A DNA stretch of 64,000 nt from an uncultured Gemmatimonadaceae bacterium (GCA_963761305.1 CAVXGK010000001.1:320001-384000); one strand, 5' to 3'; positions 39,379 through 50,074 are shown, counted from the stretch's first letter. A program made the numbers and translations. Notes: generated from the letters alone by a model not told the origin.

Positions 39379-40593
39379 GTGACGCTGGAGATTCTCTTCG
39401 TAGCGCTCGCGGCCCTGCGCGCGAACAAGTTGCGTTCTCTGTTGACGATGCTCGGCATCGTCATCGGCGTTGCCGCCGTGATCGCCGTCGTCGCGCTCGG
39501 CAGCGGCGCTCAAAAGGCGGTTCAAGACCGCCTCGCCAAGCTCGGCACGACCACCCTCCAGATCGACGCGGCTCACATCATCCAGGGCGGCGTTCAGCTT
39601 CAAGTCGCCAAGAAGATCTCGATGGCCGACGTCAACGCCATCGAGTCGCGTGGATTGCATCTGCTCGCCGTCGAGCCGCAGCAGGATCAGAATCGCCAGA
39701 TCGTCTGGCGCAACCGTAACACGAACATCACCATCATCGGAGCGACGGCGAACTACCTGGTCGTCCGCAAATTCGACATCGACGCCGGCCGCATGTACAC
39801 CAACGCGGAGGACGAAGGGCGCCAGCGTGTCGCCGTCCTGGGCGCTGGCGCGCTCACCCAGCTCGGCGTCGACAATCCGGAGGACATCGTCGGCGACAAC
39901 ATCCGCATCGGCGGCATGCAGTTCACCGTCATCGGCACGCTCGTCGCCAAGGGCACCTCCGCCGGATTCGGCAGCCCCGACGATCAAGTCCTCATTCCGT
40001 TCAACACAGGGCGCTTTCGCGTGTTCGGCACCGACAAGATCGACGACGTCTTCGCCATGACGACGAGCGAGGAGGACATCCCGCTGGCAATGGAGGAGAT
40101 CACGCTCGCCCTCCGCCGCACGCACCGCATCCCACAGGGAGCGCCGGACGATTTCAGAATTCGGAACCAGTCCGACGTCCTCTCGGTGTTGAGCGACACG
40201 ACGCAGGTGTTCACCCTGTTGCTCGCCGGCATCGCCGCCGTGTCGCTGCTCGTCGGCGGCATCGGCATCATGAACATCATGCTCGTATCGGTCACCGAGC
40301 GGACCCGCGAAATCGGCGTGCGCAAGGCGCTCGGTGCCACGCGGCGCCTCATTCTCATTCAGTTCCTCATGGAAGCAGTGACGCTGTGCCTCGCCGGCGG
40401 CGCGATCGGCGTCGGCATCGGGGTCGGGGCATCCATCGCCATGCGGAACATCGGCGGGTGGTCGACGCAGATCGAGCCTCCAGCCATTTTGATCGCCTTC
40501 GCGTTCGCCGCGCTGATCGGCATCGTGTTCGGCGTGTGGCCGGCCCGCCGCGCGGCGCGGCTCGATCCGATCGAGGCACTCCGGTACGAATGA
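39379..40593 (+). CDS. MacB-like ABC permease (no NBD)
   Basis: NKLRSLLTMLGIVIGV, GGIGIMNIMLVSVTERTREIG, LDPIEALRYE. Confidence 0.95.
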   Translation: MTLEILFVALAALRANKLRSLLTMLGIVIGVAAVIAVVALGSGAQKAVQDRLAKLGTTTLQIDAAHIIQGGVQLQVAKKISMADVNAIESRGLHLLAVEPQQDQNRQIVWRNRNTNITIIGATANYLVVRKFDIDAGRMYTNAEDEGRQRVAVLGAGALTQLGVDNPEDIVGDNIRIGGMQFTVIGTLVAKGTSAGFGSPDDQVLIPFNTGRFRVFGTDKIDDVFAMTTSEEDIPLAMEEITLALRRTHRIPQGAPDDFRIRNQSDVLSVLSDTTQVFTLLLAGIAAVSLLVGGIGIMNIMLVSVTERTREIGVRKALGATRRLILIQFLMEAVTLCLAGGAIGVGIGVGASIAMRNIGGWSTQIEPPAILIAFAFAALIGIVFGVWPARRAARLDPIEALRYE

Positions 40594-40633
40594 CGAGGCA
40601 GGCGAGGGTTCGCCGAACCGCCCGCTCGCTATC

Positions 40634-41530
40634 TCAGTACTGAAGCGACACTCCGATCTCGGTTCCGCCGCTTGGTGCCGGCTTCACCACGGCGCTCAGA
40701 AAGAGGCGGTCGATGACGTTCGTCGAGTGTCCGTGGCTGTAGCGCACGACCTTGATCCCGGAGAACGTACCGATCGCCGCGCCGAGGACCACGTCGCTCG
40801 CCCAATGCTCGTTGTTGTACATGCGCGAGAGTCCCACCAGCGTGGCTGCGCCATACGTCGCCGGCGCAACGATCCACGTTTGGTGCGGCCACCAACGCTC
40901 CGACTCGCTGGTCACCGTCGACGCCAATGCGAACGCCGCCGAGGTATGTCCCGAGGGAAACGACTGGAAATCGTCGCCTTTGAGACCTCGCCCGAAGCGA
41001 AAGTCGTGCGGGTTGTTGTCGGTAGACACGAACGGCCTCGCCCGGCCCGCGACCTCCTTGAGCAACGTCGTGGCGCCGGCGGCGACGACGATCGCCTCAG
41101 TGCCGTGCAGACCGAAATCGGCGACGTTCTTCCAGCCGGCGAGCCGGCCGACCCCGTACATCGAAACGCTGATGACCAGCGTGCCGGGATCGCCGAGCAG
41201 TTGCACGTCGGTCGACGCATTCCTGAAGAACTGATTGGCCTGGGCGCCGGGATTCTGCAGGTGAGTGGCGACGGCCTTGTCGATCGGAAACATCGCGACC
41301 GTGAGGCCGACAAAGCCCGCGGCAAGCAACGCGTCGCGATCGGTGAAGAGCGTCTTGGCGGCGTGCACGCTGTCGTGCGGCATCGGCGTCTGTGCCGCCG
41401 CGGGAGGCGGTGCGATCACCGACGCCAGAGAGATTGCCACCAGCGATCGGATTGCGATACGACGTGTCAGTTCGGCGTTCACGAAAAAGAAAATTGCAAT
41501 TCGCGAACCGCGTCGACCTGTCGTCGACAT
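40634..41530 (-). CDS. PAP2-family phosphatase
   Basis: K...GRARP, SFPSGH, SR....HWASD; start uncertain (41482 possible). Confidence 0.92.
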   Translation of the reverse strand: MSTTGRRGSRIAIFFFVNAELTRRIAIRSLVAISLASVIAPPPAAAQTPMPHDSVHAAKTLFTDRDALLAAGFVGLTVAMFPIDKAVATHLQNPGAQANQFFRNASTDVQLLGDPGTLVISVSMYGVGRLAGWKNVADFGLHGTEAIVVAAGATTLLKEVAGRARPFVSTDNNPHDFRFGRGLKGDDFQSFPSGHTSAAFALASTVTSESERWWPHQTWIVAPATYGAATLVGLSRMYNNEHWASDVVLGAAIGTFSGIKVVRYSHGHSTNVIDRLFLSAVVKPAPSGGTEIGVSLQY

Positions 41531-41638
41531 GACAAGCACGCGCGAAGACAGTATCACCCGCAAGCTGTCGACAGGATGACACGGTGTCGTCCGGCCGTTC
41601 AACGTGCTGTGTTGTTTTGCCTCCGCACTCCGTCTCTC

Positions 41639-41666
41639 TCCTCGTTCCAGTTCACCGCACACCGCC
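41639..41666 (+). repeat. 28-bp dispersed direct repeat, copy 2
   Basis: identical to 39239-39266. Confidence 0.9.
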
Positions 41667-41679
41667 ACCGCACTCGGTC

Positions 41680-44292
41680 TCAGCCCCGGAGCGCGATTGT
41701 CGGATCGACTCGCGCCGCGCGCCACGATGGGACGATCGCCGCCGCCAGCGCGACGATGAGCAACGCGGCCGAATCACTGACGAACGTGAGCGGATCGCCG
41801 GCCGTGACGCGATAGAGCATCACTCCCAACAGCCGCGAGAACAGCGCTGCGCCCACGACGCCGATCACGACCGCCAGCGCCGTCAGCCGCACCGCTCGGC
41901 CGGCGACGTGCGCCAGGATGTCGAGCGGGCGTGCGCCCAAGGCCATGCGAACTCCGAGCTCGCGCGTTCGCTGCGCGACATCGTAAGCAATGAGTCCGTA
42001 CAAGCCGACCACGGCGATCGTCATCGTCAGAATGGCCAACACGCCGAGCATGCCGGCCATCATCGCGAACGGTGAGACGTGCCGCGCTTGCATGTCGGCC
42101 ATCGTCATCATCTCGCCGACGGCGACGGAAGGATTCGTGCGCGCGACGACTCGCCGCAGCGCGTCCCGCATTCGGTCAGGTTCGCCCGCCGTCCAGGCGG
42201 CGATCGTTCCATATGATACGGGTTCTTGCAGGATTGACCGGTAAATGGTGTATCGCATCGGCTCGTCGAGCCCGCCGTGATGGACGTTCGACGCCACCCC
42301 GACGATCGTCCACGGCGCGCTGTCGATCGTCACCTCCTGCCCGATCGCGCCTTCGCGCGGCCAGAACGCGTCGGCCATCATCTGGTTGATGACCACGACG
42401 TGCTTCGAGCCCGGCACGTCCTGCTCGCCGATCATGCGCCCCGCCGTCACGTGAAAGCCCGAGGCCTCGTCGTACTTCGGCGTCACGTGCTGATCGATCG
42501 CCGACAGCTCTCGCCCCTTCGCCGCCGGCGCGCGCCCGGGAATCTGAAAGACCGTCCCGTTGAAGTTGTTGCTCAGCGGCGTCGTCGTGGCGACGCCCGC
42601 GGCGCGGATGCCGGGCGCCGTCCGGAAGTTCTCATTGAGCCGTCGATAGAACTCGACCATCGCCGAATCGCTCGTGCCGCGCGGCAACGAGAACTGCGCG
42701 ACCAGGGTGTGATCGATCCGCACGCCGGCGTTGCCGCGGATCATGTTCCGAACGCTGCGGGCGAGCAGGCTCGCCGCCGTGAGCAGCACGAGTGTCGTGC
42801 TCACCTCGAGCACGATCAACGCTGCTCGTGTTCGCGCCGAGTTGACCCCGCCGGTGCTGGCGCGGCCGCCGTCGGTGAGGACGCTCGTGAGGTCGACCCG
42901 CGTCGCCCTCACGACAGGAAGAACGCCGAACGCCACGACCGCGAGTACGGCGCTCACGAGCGCGAACACGAGGGCGCCGGCGTCGAGATCGAGCCGCGCC
43001 CAGCCGGGCAGGAACGCCGCGAAGCTCGACGGAATCGCCCCTCGGATCGCGTGCACCGCTACTCGTGCGAGAGCCGCTCCGAGCACCGATGCGACCAACG
43101 ACAGCAGCAGCGCCTCCGTAAGGAGATGCCGCGCCAGGCGCCACCGTCGAACGCCCAACGCGGCGCGGAGCGCGAGCTCGTGACGCCGAGCGGCCATGCG
43201 CGACAGAGCGAGGTTGGCGGCGCTCAGACATGCAGCCAGGAACACGAGCAGCGCGGCGAGCGCTGAGATGCGTTCGAGAATGACTACATCGTCGGTGTGA
43301 AAATCCGCGATCGGCCTCGCCGTCAACACCCACCCACTGTCCGTCGCCGGCGACTCTCGCGCCAACTGCGCCCCAACCACGCGCGCCTCGGCCGCGGCGG
43401 ACGCCAGCGTGGCGTTGGGCGCCAGCCGGCCGAACGCCATATAGGTTCGTGACCCGTACGCCGATGACTCACTGGCGCGCGGCACGAATGGCGCGTAGGC
43501 ATCGGCGGCCATTGGGAACACGACGTCTTTGGCCAGCACGCCCGTTACGCGATACGCGACGTCATTCAACGTGATGGTCGAGTCGATCACGCCGCGGCGA
43601 CCGCCAAACTGGTCCTGCCAGAATGCGTACGAGAGCACGACGAGTTCCGGTCCACCAGACTTGCCCGCATCGCGCGGGAATCCAGTCCCGGCGGCGAGCG
43701 GCGCCTCGATCAGGTCCAACGCATTCGGCGTCAGTCTGTAGCCGCGAACGAGAACGCTGCCGTCGGCCGTGCGCAGCGACGTCGTCCAACCGTAAGCGCC
43801 GATCGGAGTGATCGACGGAGCCCGCGCGCCCAGCGCGGCAAAGCCTGCGGGGGAGAGTTCGGTGCAATCCGGCGCGCAGTTCGCGTTGGTCTGCGTGATC
43901 CACACGAGTCTGTGCTGCGGCAGTCGCGGGAACGGATCGTGGATCGCGTGCGACAGACTGTACGTCGAGGCGGCGGCACCGATGCCGATGGCCAATGAGA
44001 TGACGACAGCCACGCTGTACGCCGGGCTCCGGGCCAACGCCCGCACACCATGTCGCGTGTCTTGCGCGAGATGGTCGAGCCACGTCCACCGCCATATCTC
44101 GCGCACGGCCTCGGTCGCGACGGTGACATTTCCGAATCGGCGCCGCGCTTTCAACGACGCGTCGGACGCCGTTGCCTTCGATGCATCGAACGACTCGGCT
44201 TCGAGTGCGAGATGGTCGCGCAGCTCGCGCGCGATCTCGGCGTCAGTCGGCGAATCGCGGTGCGTGAAGCGTGCGAGGACGCGGCGAAGCAT
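41680..44292 (-). CDS. ADOP-type duplicated ABC permease
   Basis: EIARELRDHL, ARRRFGN, RTRELGVRMALGA, DPTIALRG. Confidence 0.93.
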   Translation of the reverse strand: MLRRVLARFTHRDSPTDAEIARELRDHLALEAESFDASKATASDASLKARRRFGNVTVATEAVREIWRWTWLDHLAQDTRHGVRALARSPAYSVAVVISLAIGIGAAASTYSLSHAIHDPFPRLPQHRLVWITQTNANCAPDCTELSPAGFAALGARAPSITPIGAYGWTTSLRTADGSVLVRGYRLTPNALDLIEAPLAAGTGFPRDAGKSGGPELVVLSYAFWQDQFGGRRGVIDSTITLNDVAYRVTGVLAKDVVFPMAADAYAPFVPRASESSAYGSRTYMAFGRLAPNATLASAAAEARVVGAQLARESPATDSGWVLTARPIADFHTDDVVILERISALAALLVFLAACLSAANLALSRMAARRHELALRAALGVRRWRLARHLLTEALLLSLVASVLGAALARVAVHAIRGAIPSSFAAFLPGWARLDLDAGALVFALVSAVLAVVAFGVLPVVRATRVDLTSVLTDGGRASTGGVNSARTRAALIVLEVSTTLVLLTAASLLARSVRNMIRGNAGVRIDHTLVAQFSLPRGTSDSAMVEFYRRLNENFRTAPGIRAAGVATTTPLSNNFNGTVFQIPGRAPAAKGRELSAIDQHVTPKYDEASGFHVTAGRMIGEQDVPGSKHVVVINQMMADAFWPREGAIGQEVTIDSAPWTIVGVASNVHHGGLDEPMRYTIYRSILQEPVSYGTIAAWTAGEPDRMRDALRRVVARTNPSVAVGEMMTMADMQARHVSPFAMMAGMLGVLAILTMTIAVVGLYGLIAYDVAQRTRELGVRMALGARPLDILAHVAGRAVRLTALAVVIGVVGAALFSRLLGVMLYRVTAGDPLTFVSDSAALLIVALAAAIVPSWRAARVDPTIALRG

Positions 44293-44295
44293 CGC

Positions 44296-44649
44296 TCAGC
44301 TCTCGGCCGCCGGCCGCATGACGCGCCCGATCGCATCCACGAGGTCGTTCCACTTGGACTGCACCCGCGTCAGCTCGCGGCGCCCGGCCGCGGTGAGTCG
44401 ATAGTACTTGAGCTCTCGCTGGCTTCCCGTGGCCGTCTCCCACTTGGACGAGATCAAGCCGCCGCGCTGCAGCCGATGCAGCGCCGGATAGAGCGATCCG
44501 TGCTCCACGACGAGCGAGTCACCGGTCGTCTGCCGGATGTAGGTCGCGATGCCGTGGCCGTGCGTCGGGCCGAAGAGCAGCGTCTTGAGCACCAGCATGT
44601 CGAGCGTGCCTTGCAGGAGCTCGAGTCGTTCGGCGGACCGACGGGGCAT
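44296..44649 (-). CDS. padR: PadR-family regulator
   Basis: LLQGTLDMLVLK, HGHGI, GSLYPALHRL, KYYRLT. Confidence 0.95.
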   Translation of the reverse strand: MPRRSAERLELLQGTLDMLVLKTLLFGPTHGHGIATYIRQTTGDSLVVEHGSLYPALHRLQRGGLISSKWETATGSQRELKYYRLTAAGRRELTRVQSKWNDLVDAIGRVMRPAAES

Positions 44650-44660
44650 TTTCTCTGTGG

Positions 44661-44697
44661 TGGTAGGACGTCTACCAAACTGGTAGACATCCTACCA
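44661..44697. promoter_or_regulatory. tandem putative PadR operators TGGTAG-N5-CTACCA x2
   Basis: 44661-44677 and 44681-44697, 20-bp period, 11 nt upstream of the padR ATG. Confidence 0.75.
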
Positions 44698-45275
44698 CTG
44701 CTGCTTTGCTTGGGCAAGGACGGGGCGATGCGCACACTGTCGCCCGTGGCGACGATCAGGTGGCCCGCCGGGTCGTTGAACCGACGATTTAGCAAAGAAA
44801 TATTAATCGCGCGTGCGCGATGGATTCACGAGCGAAGGCCAACAATCGGCCTCGCGTTCGCGTTCTTATCGGAGAGCCGCCAATGTCGAAGCCTCGAACA
44901 CGCTGTCTCCGCCTGGAACTCCCGCTGAGCGTTCTGGTGATCGCCGCCACGGCCGGTTGTTCCGGCTCGATTCACGGTGCGTTAGAGTGCGCGCCGGCGG
45001 TGCCAGCTGACAGGCGCTGCATCGGACGAGATTCCGGCCTCTCGACGCGCCACTAAGGATTGCTAATGCGCCGGACCGGCTGCCGAAGGGATCATTGCCT
45101 CTCGGCCGTGGTAAAGCGTCACGGCGAGCAACCCTCGATGCTCGAGAACGATCGGCTTCGAAAACGATCCGTCTATGGAAGTCAGGGCTCCGGCCTCCCA
45201 GCCGTGTCGGACCTCTGCGGCGTCGGTCGTCCGCATGCGTCGAATAGTGTGAGTACCTGAGAAGGTGTCGGCAGA

Positions 45276-47502
45276 GTGATCGAACAATTGGAAGCCCTGA
45301 AACGAGCCGTACGCGTTGCAGCCTCGGCCGTAGCCATCGTGGTGGCAGTGTCCTGCGGGGGAGCGGAACGCGACGGCGGAGGTACGGGTCCGACGTCCAC
45401 GCCGACCATCGCGCTCGCGACGACGACTCAGCTCTTCACCGCGAATGTCGGAAGCAGGCAGCCCCGCGCCCCAGTCGATCACCATAACCAACGGCGGAAG
45501 CGGCACCCTCAGCGGTTTGGCCGCCGGCCCGGTGGCCTACGGCTCCGGCCAATCGACGGGTTGGCTGGCCACGAGCCTGAGCGGTACGTCCGCTCCAGCG
45601 ACGCTTACTCTCAGCGCCACCGTCGGGACTCTGGCGGCCGGCACGTATACGGCGACCGTGCCAATTACGTCGTCGGCGCCCGGCGTCACGAACAGTCCGC
45701 TGTCGCTCACGGCCACGTTCACGGTCACGACCGGCGGCGCGGGAACCACGCTGACAGTGGCCGGGCAATCGGTGGCGTTTCTCAGCTCGCCCGGGTTCAG
45801 CGCGCCGCTCACGCTCCAAGCGGGATCACAGTATCTGATTGCCGTCGTCAACACGGACAATTCCTATACATCGCAGGAAGATTTCACGCTGTCGGGAACG
45901 TTCAGCAGCGCGTCTTCGTCCCGCGTCGCTCCGGTCACGCCGCCTGTCTCGTTGTCCAAGACCGCGGCGCTGGGGTCAGCGCTCTCCGTTCCCAGCCTGC
46001 CGCCCTCGCTAAAGGCAATGCGCTCGGCGTTGCTGAGCCACACGGCCATGCTCGAGGAGAATCGCAAGACCTTCGCGCGCATGGGCAACCCGCTCGCGGC
46101 ATGGGCAAAGGCGCGCGCGCAGATGAACGGACGCGCGCTCCCCGCCAGCGCGGCGGCGGTGGTATCGCCGACCGCCGGCTCGGTGAGCAAGGTATACGTG
46201 CGCAACTCGATCACCGGCGGTTCGTGCACGGCGGTTGACTCGATCGGTGCGCGCGCCGTGGCAGTGGGACAACACGTGATCGTACTTGCCGACACCAACA
46301 GGCGCACCTGGCCCGACAGCCTGCGGCCCGATTCGTCGTGGTACCAGACGTTCGTCTCGGAGTACGACGCGCTCACGTACCCGCATATCCTCAACAACAT
46401 CGGCAACCCGCTCGGCCTGGACCAATCGCTCTCCAGGCTGGGCAAGATCAGCGTCGTCATCACGCCCGTGTTGAACAACTTTCCCGGCAACGGCGGCTCG
46501 GTGGTGGCGTTCGTGAACGGCTGCGACTTCTTCCCGTTCGCGACCAGCGGAATCAACGCCGACTACAGCAACCAGACCGAGATGTTCTACTCGTGGGTTC
46601 CCGGGAGCGACGGCTACACGGTGGCCGACTGGGAAGCGGGCCTCCGCGCGACGGCGGCCCACGAGTCCAAGCACATCGTCTCGTACACCGATCGCATCCT
46701 CAACAACAGCCCGGTGTTCGAGGAGATCTGGCTGGAGGAGGGCTTGGCGCAGGAGTCTTCGGAGATCTGGGAACGCAACTTCAATCAGGCCACCTGGCTG
46801 GGGCACGCGACGTTCGTTCAAACAGTTGGATGCGAGATCCCACTCGGTGCCAGCGTGCCGTGCGATCAGGCGAACAGTAAGCCGTACGCGCTCTTGGCCA
46901 GCCATCTGCCGTTCTTCTGGGACTACCTGTCGGCGGAGAACTCGAACTCCGAAGGGCTCGGCCTGGACACGCCCTCCAACTACGGCGCCGGCTGGACGAT
47001 CGCGCGCTGGGCCACCGATCAGTACGCGCAGGGCACCGGTGAGGCAGCGTTCATCAAGTCGCTCATCAACGATCCGTCGCTCAGCGGGCTCGCGAACTTG
47101 AGCGCGCATACGGGTCAATCAGTCGCGACGCTGCTCGTCTACTGGAATCTCGCCACCGCGATCTTCCAGACGCCCAGTTACACGGCGGCCGACGTGCGCA
47201 CGACGATTCCGAGCTTCAACTTCGCCGACATCTTCAACGTCGGGCAAACCAAGCTCACGTGCGACGGCACGCCATGCGGCATCTTCACCGACGCGGGTTC
47301 CCCCGTGTACCCCATCCAGCCGATCACCATCACCCCCGGCGCGTTCACGAAGACGGTGCGAGCCGTGCCGGGCACATCGGCGTCGTTCTTCCTGCTCTCC
47401 GGCGCGACGGCGGGAACGGAAACGCTCCAACTGCTCGGTGGCAACGGTGGCGCGCTGTCCCCGAACAGCGGTCTCCGCATCGCCATTCTGCGGGTGCAGT
47501 AG
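45276..47502 (+). pseudogene. lipoprotein with BACON/Ig-like domain and HExxH metallopeptidase-like domain, split by an extra A near 45452
   Basis: signal VAVSC in the 45276 frame joins AGSPAPQSITITNGG..WL..S..GTY.AT; AHESKH..WLEEGLA. Confidence 0.8.
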
Positions 47503-48002
47503 TGCGTCGGCGTGAGCGCCACGCGGCGCGGCTGTGCGTGGTGCTGGCGGTGAGTCTCATCGTTCCCGCGTGTCACCGCGCGTCCGCCGGCACGCCCGAT
47601 GGACCGCGCACGCTGGTGGATTCGCTCGAGGGCGTGGTCCACGTGGCGGGATCGGACCCATTCCCGCAGACGACGCTGGCGCCGGACAACGGGGGCCGAG
47701 CTGTCGCGCTCGACGGGCCGGCATCGCTGCGGCATCTAGACGGCTTGCGGATTGCCGCCGTTGGGGCGCTGACGGGAAATCACCTTGCCGTCGCGCGATT
47801 CACCGTGCTTGCCGCCAACGGCGTTGCTGCCACGGACGGCACGCTCGCTCTGAGCAGAGATTCGCTCGTACTCGTCACGGCGACCGGCAAGCGATACGTA
47901 CTGGTGAATCCCTCTCCCGTTCTGCGCGCCAACGTCGGGCATCGCGTCTGGGTGTCGGGGCCTCTCGACAGGGAGCCGGTGGCGTACGGCATCATAGACT
48001 GA
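47502..48002 (+). CDS. hypothetical lipoprotein
   Basis: TAGTG overlap with the upstream stop, lipobox VPAC. Confidence 0.7.
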   Translation: MRRRERHAARLCVVLAVSLIVPACHRASAGTPDGPRTLVDSLEGVVHVAGSDPFPQTTLAPDNGGRAVALDGPASLRHLDGLRIAAVGALTGNHLAVARFTVLAANGVAATDGTLALSRDSLVLVTATGKRYVLVNPSPVLRANVGHRVWVSGPLDREPVAYGIID

Positions 48003-48220
48003 GTTTCGCCGAGTGATTTGACGACCAGACCGCGACGCAGTGATCACCTCGGTCCGGTGAACGCGACGGACGTGTAACGATCGCGGAGTCGGACGCCCGC
48101 TCGACAGGTCGCCTGGCCGCCCCCCGACCTCGATTGCGTGAGAGAGATACGCCCCACACTGAGGGCGCGGGCGACGCCGACAATGCGGACACGCCCACCA
48201 CGCGATTTCCTCGGAGACAT

Positions 48221-49063
48221 ATGATGCAACGAACAACGCACCTTTGGGCGCTTCTATTTGTCGCGCCCATGATCCTCGCCGGCTGCGACGACGCGAGCCA
48301 GATCACGAGCCGGATCCTCCAACCGCCAGGCGGTCACGGCGGACCGAACGCTCCCGCCTACGAGAAGACGCTCGACCAGAAGCATGACGTGCAGATCGTC
48401 AAGGCGACGGGCGACATTGCCGCGGCAGTCGCGCAGTATCGCGCGTTGCTCGGCGAGCCCAACAACGGCGCTGTCGCAACAGAGTTTGGGCAAGGCCGGC
48501 GCGAGATCAACTGGGACGGCGCGGCGGTCCCGACCAATACCGATGCCTTTCCCGGCAACTTCTTCAATGTGAATTCGCCGCGGGGTGTGGTGTTCACGAC
48601 CGATGGCTCGGGCTTCCGGGTCAGCGACAACGGCTACACCGACGTGAATCCGAATTATGCCGGCGAGTTCAACACGTTCAGCCCGCCGAAGCTGTTCGTG
48701 GCTGTGGGAAGCACGGTCATCGACGTTCAGTTCTTCGCTGCTGGGACGACCAAGCCGGCGTCGGTGACCGGTTTTGGGTCGGTGTTCGCCGACGTCGGGC
48801 GCGCCCACTCGACGACCATCGAGTACTTCGACGCCGCCGGCCGTTCGCTGTTGAAGGTTGCCGCCCCCCGCCGCAGCGACGACAGGGGTCTCTCCTTCCT
48901 CGGCGCGATGTTCAAGTCGCCAGTCGTCGCCCGCGTTCGGATCGAGGTGGGCGACACCCCGATCGGCGCCGCCAATGACGACAACGTGAAGGGCGCAGGC
49001 CACAAGCACGATATCGTCGCGACCGACGACTTCTTTTACGGCGAGCCGCACGCAATCAAGTAG
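48221..49063 (+). CDS. hypothetical lipoprotein (GRREINWDG family)
   Basis: LAGC; GRREINWDG, FFNVNSPRG, FS.PKLF, V.GFG.VF.DV, DDF.YGEP. Confidence 0.8.
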   Translation: MMQRTTHLWALLFVAPMILAGCDDASQITSRILQPPGGHGGPNAPAYEKTLDQKHDVQIVKATGDIAAAVAQYRALLGEPNNGAVATEFGQGRREINWDGAAVPTNTDAFPGNFFNVNSPRGVVFTTDGSGFRVSDNGYTDVNPNYAGEFNTFSPPKLFVAVGSTVIDVQFFAAGTTKPASVTGFGSVFADVGRAHSTTIEYFDAAGRSLLKVAAPRRSDDRGLSFLGAMFKSPVVARVRIEVGDTPIGAANDDNVKGAGHKHDIVATDDFFYGEPHAIK

Positions 49064-49242
49064 TCGACGGACCCAATCGACATCGCACGGACGTTGGATG
49101 CGGTGTCGATTGTGGCGTGGCCGTTTGCGGATTGTCGCGTCTGTCTAGGACGGCCGAGTATCGCCGCGTCACAGTGGCACAGTCGTGACCCGGCCGACAC
49201 CACAGTAGGGGCGCGCCCGCCTTTCTTCCTGGCAACGGAGGA

Positions 49243-49986
49243 ATGCTCGTGGACGCCAGTGTGCTGAAGATCGAGCTCGTCGTGTTCGGCTTCGAGGGAA
49301 CCACCATTCGGCCGGACTCTGCCCAGAATGACTGCCTTCGCAAGGCCCTCATCGCCGCCAACGTTCCGGTGACGCGGGAGTCCGTGATCGGGCTGGCTGG
49401 TGTTCCGATACGCGTTGCCATCCGCGAGTCGATCTCGCGGTTCATCGGACCCGAGCACGCGACCGGCGAGCGCGTCAGCGAAATACACGCCGATTTTCTC
49501 CATCGCGTCACGGATCACTACCGGCGCGGCGCCGCGATCGAACCGATGCCGCACGCCGAGGAGACCCTGGTGCGTCTCAAGCACGCCGGCGTTCGTCTCG
49601 CGTTGGTGTCCACGCTTGGCCGGATTGTCTTCGACGCCATGCTCGATCGCCTGGGCTGGCGAACGACTCGCCTGATCGACGCGACGGTGGCCGCGGATGA
49701 AGTTGGACGGAGCCGCCCCTACCCGGACTCCGTGATCCGCGCCATGACACTCACGCGCGTCCGTCGGACGGAGGCGGTGGCGTCGGTGGGAGACACGCCG
49801 GTCGATCTGGAAATGGGCGCCGCGTCGGAATGCGGCCTCGTCGTGGGACTGATGAACGGTTCACACGGCGCGGAGCACTTGCGACAATTTCCGCACACGC
49901 ACCTCGTCTCGCACCTCGGCGTGCTGCCGCGATTGGTCATCGGGCATGGCCTCATACAGGCGTGGACGGGAGTCGCCGGGGATTGA
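49243..49986 (+). CDS. HAD-family phosphonatase-like protein (motif I Asp absent)
   Basis: LVVFGFEGTT, ADEV..SRPYPD, VGDTPVDL.MG, G.HG. Confidence 0.82.
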   Translation: MLVDASVLKIELVVFGFEGTTIRPDSAQNDCLRKALIAANVPVTRESVIGLAGVPIRVAIRESISRFIGPEHATGERVSEIHADFLHRVTDHYRRGAAIEPMPHAEETLVRLKHAGVRLALVSTLGRIVFDAMLDRLGWRTTRLIDATVAADEVGRSRPYPDSVIRAMTLTRVRRTEAVASVGDTPVDLEMGAASECGLVVGLMNGSHGAEHLRQFPHTHLVSHLGVLPRLVIGHGLIQAWTGVAGD

Positions 49987-50074
49987 TGAATTCATAAATG
50001 GACAGGCGAAGCCGCTGCTTCCATCGCTCGCTGGTCAGGTGCAGCGCACGCTAGAGAGCACGCACGACGAACTC

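Noticed and set aside
38400..41666. Repeats as a CRISPR array
   Set aside because: No regularly spaced repeat-spacer units and no cas genes
44883..45260. Lipobox-bearing short ORF (ATAGC) with GTTAGAG/CAGCTGAC attC-like words
   Set aside because: Interrupted by a stop, no recognisable domain, and motif order does not fit an attC site
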